From Camelus dromedarius (lineage: Eukaryota), in the NCBI RefSeq assembly GCF_036321535.1, contig NC_087437.1, positions 119,228,001 to 119,292,000 on the forward strand: 64,000 bases of DNA. The letters are read 5' to 3'. The notes under the pieces are model-generated. The model was not told the origin of the DNA. It worked only from the letters and a program-made list of their open reading frames with translations, and made no database searches. A program made the translations under genes and the position numbers. Below, piece after piece: positions 52,701 to 64,000 of this stretch. The number at the start of each line of letters is the position of its first letter. The first letter of the stretch is position 1.

Positions 52701-52968
52701 ACGAATAGATGTAGTTCAAAACATTGTCAAAAGCATCTGGCTCACAAAAGTCAAGCTGGAATACAGTCTGTGACTCGTTCTCCTTATTTGTGAATAAACT
52801 CTGGAAGTATTCACTGCTGGCGGCCAAGACGTTTTTATGAGCACGAAACTTCTGGTCCCCCACGATCAGAAGCACGTCGCACAGCTGCCCTTTGAGGCGC
52901 TCCTCGTTGAGCGCGCTGAGGAGGGAGATGGCGTGCGCCGGGTTGATGTAATGCAGGAGTCCCTCCAT
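49798..52968 (-). CDS. ZBTB21: Zinc finger and BTB domain-containing protein 21 (ZNF295), complete CDS in one exon, 1056 aa
   Basis: ORF 49798..53013. The true start is MEGLLHYINPAHAISLLSALNEERLKGQLCDVLLIVGDQKFRAHKNVLAASSEYF (BTB/POZ) at the ATG at 52968 in strong Kozak context (GCGCGCCATGG). Nine C2H2/C2HC fingers follow, ending CKLCHRTFKTAFSLWSHEQTHN*. Closely matches remembered human ZBTB21. Confidence 0.98.
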   Translation of the reverse strand: MEGLLHYINPAHAISLLSALNEERLKGQLCDVLLIVGDQKFRAHKNVLAASSEYFQSLFTNKENESQTVFQLDFCEPDAFDNVLNYIYSSSLFVEKSSLAAVQELGYSLGISFLTNIASKSPQAPFPACPSRRKALAEEDENSSQKRSVIVCQGRSEAQGKPASLGQPDLSHASRPFAGKAGGGKPPGPKPAEPLHGAALPDKSRPKDGPAGPAQPPEHAGSSEEPPRSGPAKRTAALPPKPLPDREALDDKPAAGAPLPKGRAIELALRRPRPPVLSLRGSPETPYLLKETSKGGGPGEDRNLLYYSKLGLVIPSGGPGPGNQSIDRSGPLVKSLLRRSLSMDSQVPVYAASVDLKSPLGPSSVAGDAAGNALGALSQKASVKECNERAAPDDRPAPQPHRLRSFSASQPAAREGAPPAVEVRVKAEPHSPPEPSDIIRVTVGDASAASAGARDLALKTEDDPKDMSRLPAKRRFQADRRLPVKKLKADEHGSPGPEDHFEAGASPTLLQADFPDSDLNRDEFGELEGTRPNKKFKCKHCLKIFRSTAGLHRHINMYHNPEKPYACDICHKRFHTNFKVWTHCQTQHGIVKNPSPASSSHAVLDEKFQRKLIDIVREREIKKALIIKLRRGKPGFQGQTSSQAQVIKRNLRSRAKGAYICTYCGKAYRFLSQFKQHIKMHPGEKPLGVNRAAKPKERAAPESPVGSSEVYQCRLCNAKLSSLLEQGNHERLCRNATVCPYCSLRFFSPELKHEHEGKCEYKKLTCLECMRTFKSSFSIWRHQVEVHNQNTMAPAEDLSLPALDHNGEVSGPARPQAQAEPSKANHAPAAKDDNAFSDCSEQVNFDSEDSSCLPEDLSLSRQLKIQVKEEPVEEAEEEAAPEASAAPKEAAPGQDSGLWPCEKCGKTFPAHKQLERHQELLCSVKPFICHVCNKAFRTNFRLWSHFQSHMSQATEDPAHKDSELCPVPTNSPSPPPLPPPPPLPKIQPLEPDSPTGLSENPAPATEKLFVPQESDTLFYHAPPLSAITFKRQFMCKLCHRTFKTAFSLWSHEQTHN

Positions 52969-52980
52969 GGCGCGCGCTCG

Positions 52981-52996
52981 TCTGGAAGACAAACGT
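52981..52996 (-). other. ZBTB21: Splice acceptor of the ZBTB21 coding exon; exon begins at 52981, 13 nt before the ATG
   Basis: Minus strand reads cgtttgtcttccag|ACGAGCGCGCGCCATG: pyrimidine tract plus AG. Most of the ORF-track N-terminal extension (MLTVISRLSS) is therefore intronic and the rest is 5'UTR. Confidence 0.85.
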
Positions 52997-55112
52997 GAGA
53001 TCACCGTGAGCAACGCGGGAGGAGCGCTCCCCGAGAGCAGCCCGAGGGCAGGGGCGTCGGAGGTGCCAATGTGCAGCAGGTTGTCGGCGGAGGAAAGATT
53101 TCTGGATAAACAATCTTATTTAAATAACACGGAAAATATAAAGAAACCAGTCTCATGGCTTAAGTAGGTCGTCAATGATTAAAATGGAAGAATTTTGGGA
53201 ACTAAAGACTATAGCTATCTGCTGTGAATCTAAAACCGCTCTAAAAAAATAAAGTCTATTAATTAAAAAAGAAAAAAGAAAAAAGAATAGACTGTAACTA
53301 AAGGCATTTTCATACCATCAAAAAGGCTTCCAGAACTTGGCAGGTATGTAGAGAAGCAATATTTGAAAACAGGGTTTGCTATTTAGCGTTCTTATCCATT
53401 TGATGTTTAATTCTATTCCTTATTAGCTCAGAGAGTAAGCATAAAGTAGTGAACCCCCTAGAGTCCATAATTCTGAAAGGAAATCAGTTTTATTACTGGA
53501 TATGATTAAACACAGCATGAATTAACAATAGGCTATAATGTAGAGGTCTCAGGTGGACCTTTAATAGGTAAGGATTTGGAAAGAGAAATCATTTGCTTAT
53601 TACTGCTGCATCAAAGTGTTTAACAAAGCTATTAGAAATGTTAAAGAATAAGAGTTTGTTTTCTTTTTTATGCTAAATACCTTGCAATCTGAATACTATT
53701 TTCTTACCAAATTACACTTTCAACAATAGCACAATGGAACCTTTAGCCTGGATCTAAGCTTAATTATCCTAATTCTAAACTAAGGGATAATGGCTTGAAA
53801 TTTCACTGAAATTCTCTTCAAGTCTAAAGGTAAGTAAGACACGAAGGCCTAGGGGCTGAGTGCAGGCTCCAACCGGATGCGGGGGTTGAACTGCTGGCTC
53901 CTCCCCTGTGGAGGACTCCCGTCTCTAATGAGCAGGTCCCTCACCTGAAATGGGTAACAGGTGTGTGTCCTTTAGGGCTGTTACAAAGATGAAATGAGCC
54001 TGTATCTCACACCTAGTAAGGACTTGACAAATGTGCAATTAATTTTCTGAAACAGCAGAATTAGTAGATATTTAACTCAGAATAAAAGAAAAAGGGTCCA
54101 GGTAACCCAAGCCATGCTCCTGACGGAGATGAAGCCATTTCACACAGAGACAACGCTTGACTCTCTGAATCTGACCCTTTACTTAGGCCGCTGCTACCAT
54201 AAAGCCTCATCTCTTCGGCTTGGTCTTACAGTGCCATCTGCTCTTTAAAATAGCTATGACATCTATTTTTAATATTAAAATGGATTCAGAGTAAGACCAC
54301 TTGGACAGCTTTACCATCCTTCAGGGTAGGCCGCAGATGCCCCGAACATGGTGCCCAGCACGCCCGCAGGCTCCCCTCGGGCTTCAAAGCAGCACTCTTC
54401 ACAGGAACCTGCAGAGAAGAGTTTGCCAGGCCACTGCCTGGAGTGACCGCCAGAGCCACAGGCTTCGATGCTCTGCGGGCTCCCCGTCGTGGTGCTGACG
54501 TCACTTAACTGACCCAGAGGCATGACTTCGCCTCCAGGGACGAAGCCTGGAGCCTGGTCCACAGACAGCGGCCTCGGTCAGCCTGCGCCGAGGTTCTGCT
54601 CACTCCTGCCCCGCCACCGTTCATGTCAGTGCTGAGCGCCTCAAGGGGGTATCTTTCCTCCCTTTCCCTTTCGTCAGCCATCTCAATCTCTCCCTTAAAC
54701 CTTCTCTACTGTCTTTGTAATCACACATCTGTTTATGCACAAAGAAACCCCTCTCATCATTTACAGAGGCCAGCAGAGAAATAGCTTATAATGCTACACT
54801 CATCAACTCAGCATCCTGAACACTATTTTTAGTGCGAGTAATTTTTGAGAAAGCTAGCTCCGATGGTGCCACTAGGAAAAGCAACAGATGCAGAGTCAAA
54901 AACTTTGGACAAGTACTTTTTAAAAGGGTTTCTTAAAATCAATTTGTGGTTTGAAATGAGCAATTAAAAAAATGACTAGGGCAGAGTAGAAAAAGTCAGA
55001 ATATCTCAAACGTAGTTAAGGCTGACTATGATCTTGTGAAACTCTCTGGTCTTTTCAGTTATATGCATACATTTCCACACATGTAAGTAAGTGGGCACTG
55101 GGTTGAGATGTA

Positions 55113-55420
55113 CAGCTGTCCCTCAGTGTCCATGGTGGACTGGTTCCTGGGCCCCTGCAGATACCAAAATCCATAGATACTCAAGTGCCTTATAAAAAAT
55201 AGTGGAGTATTTGCATATAACCTAGGAACATCCTCCTGTATACTTTAAATCACCTCTAGATTACTTATAATACCTAATATGATGTAAATAGTTGCCAGTG
55301 AGCAGCAAACTCAAGTTTTGCTTTTTGGAACTTTCTGGATCCTTTTTTTTTTGAGTATTTTTCCATCTGCGGTTGACTGAATGCATGGATGTGGAACCTG
55401 TGGATACAGAGGGCCAACTG
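55113..55420. mobile_element. MER2-like TcMar-Tigger element with TIRs and TA TSD
   Basis: TA|CAGCTGTCCCTCAGTGTCCATGG ... CCTGTGGATACAGAGGGCCAACTG|TA: imperfect terminal inverted repeats. Internal GTATTTGCATATAACCTA motif. Confidence 0.85.
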
Positions 55421-55649
55421 TACAATACATGCCTTCCTGTGGGTTAGAGTCAGGACAGTCTGAGAGTCAGTGCTCCAGAGCAATCCACCCTCTGAGCCTC
55501 AGTTGTCCTCACTGTACAATAGGGATAATAATGTTACTGTGGGAATCATGAGAGGAAACAATAATTGCTCCATTTATTCAGCACCTACAACACACTACAA
55601 ATTATATCAGCAACTTCACATGTCATTCACCTACTCACTTAAAAAAACA

Positions 55650-56220
55650 GCATCTGAGAAGGCCTGAAGGACACAGGGATGAGCCAGGAGGGTCACTGAG
55701 GGAGGAGCATTACATGCAGAGGAAAGAGCCAAAGTAACCGCAGGGCTGGAGCGCAGAGCCGAGGGAGCCGTGGATGGTGAAGCTGAAAGAGGCTGAGGGG
55801 GCACCGTGCAGGGCTGGGTGGCCCCTGGAAGAATTACACCTTTCACCAGCAGTGAAATGGGAAGCCATTAGAAGATTCTGAGCAGAGGAATGACAACAAC
55901 CTGAATTATGTTTCAAAAGGATCGCTCTGGCTTCTTTGCAGAGAATGGACCACAGCAAGCAGGGCAAGGATGGAAGCTGAGAAATCAGCTGTGAGTCCAC
56001 AGCAGTGACGCAGGTGAGTCAGGACGGTGCCTGGACCAGAGTGGCAGCAATGGAGGTAGAGACAGTCATTAGGATTTCCAATGGATTCACTGCAGAGGAT
56101 AAGGTGAGGAGATAAGGATGTCTCCAAGGTTTCTGCCAGAGCTGGAAGGAGGTCCTTACTTAAGATGAAGTTTGACAGGAAAATCAGATCAGAATTTTTT
56201 CAGGAATTGAGTTGAGATAT
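55650..56220. mobile_element. L2 fragment
   Basis: GGGAAGCCATTAGAAGATTCTGAGCAGAGGAATGACA...TTTCAAAAGGATCGCTCTGGCT...GGTGCCTGGACCAGAGTGGCAGCAATGGAGGT, typical L2 internal sequence. Confidence 0.7.
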
Positions 56221-56939
56221 TCTAAATCTGAGCAAGAACCTATTCGTTACTGTACCCTTTGTGGGCATCCTTTCCTTTCACTTTCCCTGCAACTTTCCTT
56301 GTGCTTCTTGGGTAACTTCCTGAATAAACATCGACATCTGAATCCTTGTACCAGGGTCTGCTTTCGGGGAACCCAAACTAAGAAACCAAGGGAACCTGAA
56401 ATCACAGTTGTAGGCTAAGGGACTCTGTGAGGACTAAACCAGGTGAGACCTTCCACCCTGGACAGGAAGCAGTACTAATCCACACGCCACCCACTCCCTG
56501 TCCCTACAGGCCCCCGAAGCATTTTCTCACTTCCTCCTTGTTCAGAGAGGTTTCCTTCTTTTGCTTTCTTCAAATAATCATGATCCCTATTTTTGTGCTA
56601 AGTAACTGCTTCCAATCCCTAAACCACAGGCTTCTATACTCCTTGAACAAAAACAGAGAATTAGGGAAAAACAAGCCACTGAGAGCTGAGTTGCAAGAGG
56701 AATAGTCAATGTCCCTGAAAATTATTTGGAATTTAAAACTATTCATTCGACTATAACCGCCATTTAGAGTCACCAGTGAGAGTGCCTGCTTAAAAACTGG
56801 TTGAGCACGTCCAAATCCCTAACAACCAGTGCAGAACGACTCGAAGTATCGATCTTCCATTCCACTGCCTAAACACCACCTGGACATTCATACGAGGAAT
56901 ATCTGAGTGCTACATACTACTGCAGACATTCTTCATGCG

Positions 56940-57120
56940 TCAACTCAATACTTATACCAACCCTAGGAGGCAGTACTATTATTATCCCCACTTTACAGTT
57001 GAGTAAACTGAGGCAAAGAGGGTGAAGCATCTTGCTCAAGGTCACACAGATGATCAGAAGCAGAGCAGGATTCACACCAGGTGATCTGGCTCCAGAGGCC
57101 ACAGTCTTAGCCCTCACACC
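56940..57120 (-). mobile_element. MIR SINE
   Basis: TATTATTATCCCCACTTTACAGTTGAGTAAACTGAGGCAAAGAGGGTGAAGCATCTTGCTCAAGGTCACACAG. Confidence 0.8.
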
Positions 57121-60100
57121 ATCACACCTCTAGTTTCCTCTTTTAATTCGCACATACACACCTGTGCTAGGCACTGCCATCACCCCTGCTTTACATCCAG
57201 AAACGGAGGAATCAAGAGCCTAAGTCACCCGGTTAACAGTGGGGCTGGCGCCTGGCCCCAGAGCCCAGACTCTTAGTCACCGCTTACACATGTCCCACAG
57301 CCAGGCACTGCCGAGTGTGTGCTAGAACCGGCCAGACACGGGAGGCGTCGGCACGGTCCCGCCTCCCGGCCTCCGTCTTGCGTCCATCCCCCATCGCGCT
57401 CCAAAGCACCGGGTGGTAGTGTGCGGAGCTACAGAGGGAGTGCAGGTGATGACCCTGGATCCAGGTGGGAGGAAGGTCAAGGAAGGCATTCTACGAAAGA
57501 AGTTTCCTGAACCAGCAGGAGTCAGAAAATGTGGGAAGAGTGAGGAAGGAAGGGTGAAGGATACCTTCAAGGACAGGAGCACTGGGTCCAGCGCAGAGAT
57601 AAGACCAAGGGCCTGGCTGGAGCAAGGACACACGTAGGGGAGGGCAGGTGGTGAGGCTGCGGAGGGGAGGGCGACGTGGGGGTCCTGGGGGCAAAAGTAA
57701 GGCCCCCCCAAGGGCTATCAGAGGAGAGTGACCCCCTCTGTCCTCTCAGGAGCCCAGGACAAGGGCTCTAGGTTAGGCTCTGGGGTGACAGGAGCATACA
57801 GAGTTGTCCAGCCTCCTCACCTTCCAGAGACGCTTGCTTTTACCTTTTAATTCAATCATCAAAACTTAACAACGGTCCCTTTCCTGGTTAAGCTGCAAAA
57901 AATTAACATTTTGGACTTTTGTGTTTAATGACACAGTAGGTATGTTTATTGAGTTTAACAACTTCATTAAAAATATAAAATGCTATATACTAAGAATGAA
58001 GACAGAAAGGGGAAAAAAATCATGACTGCTGAATGTCAGGAGATAGCCCAGAAAACCCTCTGTGGCTGGTGGATGTACAGACTGAGTTCTCAAACCCGCC
58101 TGCTTTTCCGCTCTTCAGACTCAGATAAGGACAGCTCTAGTGCTGGAGGTGCTTTCTCCCCCCATATCTGCTGGTTCAAACCCGATCTCTCATGTATGTC
58201 TTACTTACGAACAAGCAGGACCCCTGTCTGACAGACGACAGCGCACCACAAATCTGAAGGCTCTCAGTATAAATGCATGCTGCCACCACGTCCCCATCCC
58301 CTCCTTCCCCGCTGCTCACCTCCACCCCTCACTGCAGGAGCTCCTGCCACCACTACTGTCATGGTGGAAAACTCTGGTGCTCTTACAAGAAAAGTGGGTA
58401 GATGTGGAAGAGAAGGCCTCTTTACCACAGAAAAAGCTGAGTAAACCCTCCAGGAAAACCAGATTCTGAAACGGGGCTGGTTTGTTTACCACTCGAATCC
58501 CTGCACACAGATACCTTTCCAAACTCCCAAAATTGCCTGAATTGTTTCTATGTCATGTTATTTCCTGATATTTCAAAATGGGAGAATCTTTACGGTTAAC
58601 AATTCATGGAAGTCACTACAGCTCCACGGAAAAGACTTTCAAATTAGTCTGCTTGTCTGAAGTCCTGGCTCTGCCACCTACTAGGTGTGTCACCCGGTAA
58701 AGACCACTAGACCGGGTACTAGTCTCCTTTACCTGTTCAGTGGGGCTAGCGCTGCCCACCACGCAGAATTCTTACGAAGAACAAAAGACGCCACACGTCT
58801 GCCAGCTCCTGGCATGTACAGTGTTTCCCGTGTGGCAAGCCCTTTACTTCCTCCTCCTCTTCCTTTCCTGAATGTCTCCGGGGGCTGCCACAAGCTCCTA
58901 TCACAAGAAGACGTGGTGACGGGAGGTGAGTAAGCTGGCTGGTAGCCTCTTGTCCAGGGACACACATTCCCGGGGTAGGAGAGACGTGTAAGATTAAGTA
59001 TAATGAAAGATACAAAAAGTGCTATGAGAACACTGATTTCAGGAAGCAGTGAATTTGGCCCGGGGTGGGGTGGGATGGGCGGTTAGATGAGTGAACGGGG
59101 GAGGGGGGACATCCAGGAAGATGTGGGACACATCACTCCCTGGACTATTAAAATACTGAAGGTTCCATTCTTCACCATTCTGCTACAGATCCTTCTCAGA
59201 AACATGCATCTGACATTGCCAGGGCTTAAAATCTCCAGAAGGCTTGCCCTGGCTTGAAGTTCCAATTCCCTAGAAAGGCTACAAAGCCCTTCACAACTGG
59301 AGTCTAGTAAATTATTTCATCCCATCACCTCAAAGTCCTCAGGTACCAAATGCTAAGAGGGGCAGGGAATTCGTATCTTAGTACAAGTTAATTCAGTGCA
59401 AACAACTTCCTCTTTAAACCAATTGCAGGAAGTTAAGATTTTTAAGGAGATAGAGGGAAGGTAGGCAATTCTGGAATACAGAACATTCTGGGGATACAAA
59501 TGGAAGAAAGCAAAGCAGAGCTATGCACTTGGCTAAAAGGACCCTAGGAGGTGAATGAGGGGCCCAGGAAGAGAGATGGGGAGGGACCAGAACGTCACCA
59601 GCTTGTGAGTTTGGGAGACTAGCACTCAGGCTGGTGGCAGAGCTAAGGTGCATTACCAATCAAGTCCGCTCCAAGAGGAGCCCACAAAGCCCTCACTTCT
59701 AGCTCTAAGGGAGGTGTCTCTTTGCATCTGAAACGTTCAGCTGAGACCGAACTCTGGGCACACAGTCCTTTAGAATGCTGGGGACTGCTTGTACAGTCCT
59801 GGCCGTGACAATGGGAAAAAGGAGGAATGCATATAACACAAAGCAAACACTTAGTTAGAAAAACAAAGCACCTACACTTGACTTTGGAATACAAACACAC
59901 GCACCGCGCTGCTCACCCCAAGCCCTCACCCCTGGACTTAGCCCTGAGTCTCTCATCTGATGTCACCGTTAGATGGTGACAGGAAGTCGGCTCTGACTTT
60001 AGGCCTTATCATCACTCACTCAGAGACAATGCCGATATCCAGACCTCATCTAGAGCTCCTCAGATTTCAAAGCTGGCCTCACTTATCTGACCTTCAGGAG

Positions 60101-60749
60101 CAGTGATGTCACTCCCTCGGACCCCATTTCGCACTTGGCCAGTCTCTCTAGAGAAGGCCCGATTTTGGTCCAAGGGTGTGCGCTCGCTCTGGGTGTCTGG
60201 CAGAGCACACCTCGGGGAACAGAGCAGCCTCTTGTTTTGTTCTGGCCCCGGGAGCCGTTCCACCTCCTGCTGGACCCCCTACCCCCGGCTGCCCTGAGTG
60301 GTCTGATGCCCTGTGCTCCCCTAGCTCAGGGCTGGGCACACAACCAAAGCTAAGCCCACTATGAACCTGGAATACGGGCTGAGAACAACAACAAAGGCAG
60401 CCAGTGAGTGGAGCTGATTTATCTCGGCCGTGGCCCGAAAACGCAGCCTGCAGGGCCCGCTACAGATTTCTGCAGTTTCCTTGGTTTTTGTCCTTCCTGG
60501 CCCAATTCTTCAGCTTTTTCCTTCAACCTCAAGAGCAACCCTGTATCTTTAAAATAGATTTTTTTTTTCTATTCAAGCTGGTCTGTCAGTTTCTGTTCTT
60601 GTTATTAAAGGAGCTAAGTAACATATCTCCTAGTGGTATTCACTCCTCCTATCACGCTCTCCAAGTCCATCTGTTGTAACACTGCTGCTAGACTGAGCCT
60701 TCTAAAATGAAGCTTTGATCATTCATTGGATGTACACATTCAGTATTAC

Positions 60750-61000
60750 TATTACTAATTCAACTTATTTATTGGGCTCCTATTATGTGCAAGGCATAGT
60801 TAGACATACCTGAAATACAGGGGTGCACAGGACAAGCCCCCCACTTTCTAGTGGGGTAAATCAGATGACGAACAAGGAAACAAAAAAAGGTAACTTCTGA
60901 TTGTGCTAAGAGCTATACTGGAAATAAACAGGGTGCTATGACTGGGTGCCGTAGTTTGGAGAAGATGGCCAGGAAATACAACATTTTAGCTGAGACCTAA
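60750..61000. mobile_element. L2 3' fragment
   Basis: ATTCAACTTATTTATTGGGCTCCTATTATGTGCAAGGCA. Confidence 0.6.
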
Positions 61001-61322
61001 GACCTGAGTAAAAACAAATAAAATGATAAAAACAACTTCTCTATTAGGTTAAAATGCAACATTTTAAAAACATGGACTTCAAGGCTCTGAAAATCTGGTT
61101 TCAAACTACTTGTAAATTTTTCTTCCCCTCAGTTACCGCCCAGTGGCGACTTCCTGCCTCGGATGCTTGGTCTCCAAGACACAGCCTGTGGGACCTGCCT
61201 CTTCCACCACCCAATCTGGAATGTCCTGGGCCTTCTCCACCTCCTCCACCGGACACCACTCAGCTGAACATCACTCATCTGTCGAAGCTCAGCTCAAGGT
61301 CCATTTCATCCAGGAAGCCTTC

Positions 61323-61690
61323 TGTCGTGGGCCAGACCGTGTCCCCCACAATTCATATGCTGAAGCCCCAACACCTCAGAATGTCAGCGTATTTGGAGAC
61401 GAGGTCTTTGAAGAGATAGTTAAGTTATAATGAGGTCTCAAGGGGGTGCCCTAATCCAACATGACTGGTGCTCCTGCGAGACGAAATGAGGACACACACA
61501 CAGAGAGGGGCCATGTGAAGTCAGGGAGGACCACCATCTACAAGCCAAGCAGAGAGGCCTCAGTAGAAACGAACCCTGCCACAACCTTCATCTTGGACTC
61601 CTAGGCTCCAAAACTGAACTGTGAGAAACACACTTCTGTTGTTGCACCCCCAGGGTGTGGTGCTGTCCCAGCAGCCCTACCAACTAACAT
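61323..61690 (+). mobile_element. MaLR LTR (MLT1-like)
   Basis: TGTCCCCCACAATTCATATGCTGAAGCCCCAAC...GTATTTGGAGACGAGGTCTTT...CATCTACAAGCCAAGCAGAGAGGCCTCAG...CTTCATCTTGGACTCCTAGGCTCCAAAACT. Confidence 0.85.
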
Positions 61691-63524
61691 GCACACCTTC
61701 CTTGACCACTGCAGTTTATAGTGAGCAAAGACCCTCCAACCCCAGCACTACCCGGACCGACGCCACGTGCAAGGTTTATTCAGTGCCACACAGGGTTAGC
61801 TGCTTGTCCCCCCAGCAGAAATGTAAGTTATTTAAGAACTAAGAACCTATTCAATATCTTTTGACACGATGCCCGACAGGGTATCTTACACAATACACAG
61901 CTGTTGCCTTTCCTGTACTCTGACACTCTAGTTAAATGCAGGAGTGGAAGTTGTGCCTTTTATTTGTTTTCCTAAAGTAAAGTTGGTCCCATCACTCAGT
62001 GCCCTTTAGAATACTGCATTGATTTTTCTATGACTCCCGAGATAAAACCTAAACTCTACAGACCGGCATACAAGGGTCTTCGTGTTCTGATCGCAACTTA
62101 TCTCTTCACCCATACTGGACACTCCTGACCTGCACACCCAATTTCCACCAACTAGCTTTCTCACCTTTCTTCTACTTGGCTAACTTCTACAGAAAGATCC
62201 AGCTGAAATGTCACCGTAAGCCGGGCAGGTGTCTACTGGGCAAAGAGAGAGCTCATTACTGAGGCCGAGGCCGGGGCTGGCTCACCTGTACGGCTCCAGC
62301 ATCCATCCCAGAACTCACCAGGTGGCAGCTTTCTTTTTGTAAGAGTGCTTGTGGCTTTAAATCCTACTGATCGACGACTCCCAAATCTGTTTGTCTGCTC
62401 AGACTTCTCCTCGGGACTCTTCCATTACAGGCTACCCTACCTGTCCAGGACAGTACATATGCCCCATCCCTACCTCTGCCCGCACACCTGCCTGTCCTCA
62501 CATATTCCCTACTTAGCTGGTGTGCTGCCAACCACCAGGCCTCCCAAACTAGAAACCTCTTCTCTTCCCTCTAGCCAGTGACCACACCTGTCAAGCCTTG
62601 CTCGTACACAGCTCTAGAGTTTGGTCTCAAACCCATTGGCTTTGGGGCCAACTAAAATTGTTCCTCCAGTCATCTCCCCCTCATCCAGAGACTCTCTCAA
62701 TAAATTAGCCCCTCTTTTGTTACACGCCTAATATGTCCTGCCACAAACAGGGCATAAAGTTCCTCAAGAGCAGGGGTTATATCCTTTCCAACTTTCAGAT
62801 AGCACACTATACATTCAACAGTGCTAAAAGAATGAATTAGAGATTTAGTTAATGTCAGGTGTTCATGATGATAATCACCTACAATGATATATGTACGTCC
62901 ATTCTGAGAGCCACGATAACTTCTTTATAACTGAGAATTCCCGTATCATTGCACTCCCTGAGTTTAACTTTCTATTTGTGATCTTCAAACTTCTTAATTT
63001 AAGGTAACAAATGAAAAAGGATGCAGAAGGTGACTTAAGATGTCAATTATGCAAAATGCCAAGGCAAGGCCAAATGACAGCATCCTCCATGAATCAAGGT
63101 GTCCAGTCATTGGAAGATGGGTCTAGTGGGATAACTGAGTGATGGTCCAGAACCCAGCAACAGAGCTCACTTCAGAGGAAGCCACACCATACTCCTGCTG
63201 TAAAGGGCAGACTGACTTTTAGCAAAGCATCATCTGTCTCATGGATATGATATTGATCTTATTTTTTAGTTGAGTATTAGCTCTGGCTTGATTATTTTTG
63301 AAGAACATTAAATGTAAGCATTTTAATGTAAAAAAAATGAATTATTTTTAAGTAAACCAATGCCCCAAATTTCTACTTTTTTTTTTAACATCAATACTTG
63401 GGTAGTGTAGTACTTAAATTTAAATGTAATGACTATTAGTCATTAAGATGGATGAAACATTTACTCTAAGCATCAGAGATTAAAAGTTTTAAAAAAATAA
63501 CTGTCCATGGGTAATCTTTCTAAA

Positions 63525-63630
63525 ATGGATGCGTGCTCCTATACGACTGAAGTATTTATTGTGCTGTACACCAGAAACTGACACAGTGTAAACTGACTAT
63601 ACTTCCATTTAAAAAAATATTTAAAAATTC
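63525..63630 (+). mobile_element. Short L1 3' terminal fragment
   Basis: GTGCTGTACACCAGAAACTGACACAGTGTAAACTGACTATACTTCCATTTAAAAAAA; same family as 28778-28890. Confidence 0.75.
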
Positions 63631-64000
63631 CAATAAATAAGTAAATAAATGGATTAACCCACTTTCTTCCAAACAAGGAACCAGAATACAACGCTAGTTC
63701 CTTGTGGATGACTCAGGGTCATGGTTATGAACAATCACTGGACTCTGCTGAATAGGTTGGTGTCCTCATTTGCTAGAAGTGAGCGGGACTGTTAGCTCCT
63801 GCCCTAAGACCCCCCCAGGCTGCTATACGGAACGGGGTCTGGTTAATGTCTTCCCCCACCTCCCACTGCCAGGCAATCGCGCTGGAGAATGTCTCTAAAA
63901 TCACCCCGCCCCCAAACGTGCTGCAACAGTGGCATCCTCCAGAACCACGCGGCCCGGTGGTTGAAGTGCATAGCAACCGGGTTAAGGGCCAGGACTGAGG

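Noticed and set aside
52969..53013. N-terminal extension MLTVISRLSSRRARA of ZBTB21 in the ORF track
   Set aside because: It starts at TTG and crosses the splice acceptor at 52981/52982, so it is intron plus 5'UTR.
57821..57895. Possible ZBTB21 5' non-coding exon (acceptor ttaattttttgcag at about 57893; donors at 57843 or 57820)
   Set aside because: Only splice-like motifs, which are common by chance. I cannot match it to a known exon, so the ZBTB21 upstream exons and promoter remain unidentified and may lie beyond the window.

Overview
Mammalian genomic DNA from a GC-rich region. The tRNA-derived SINE family and L1 3' ends suggest a camelid; this is inferred from remembered repeat consensus, not a search. 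The gene content matches the human 21q22.3 C2CD2-ZBTB21 block. On the minus strand it holds: (i) the single large coding exon of ZBTB21/ZNF295 (BTB domain plus 9 C2H2/C2HC fingers, 1056 aa, 49798-52968) with an AT-rich 3'UTR of about 4 kb; (ii) the CpG-island promoter and first two coding exons of C2CD2 (19394-19666 and 10296-10394), with the rest of that gene lying left of the window. The remainder is intron or intergenic DNA with LINE-1, L2, MIR, LTR, DNA-transposon and SINE relics and microsatellites. I see no evidence of a wholly new biological system. The best signals are: a 600-nt in-frame exitron inside the ZBTB21 exon; patchy, strong AT->GC drift (gBGC-like) in ZBTB21 linkers and old L1 copies; an out-of-frame uORF overlapping the C2CD2 start; a perfect 3'UTR hairpin carrying miRNA seed matches on both arms; and an alternating-orientation SINE cluster. 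Repeat boundaries are approximate unless TSDs or TIRs are quoted. Comparisons to human proteins and repeat consensus are from memory.
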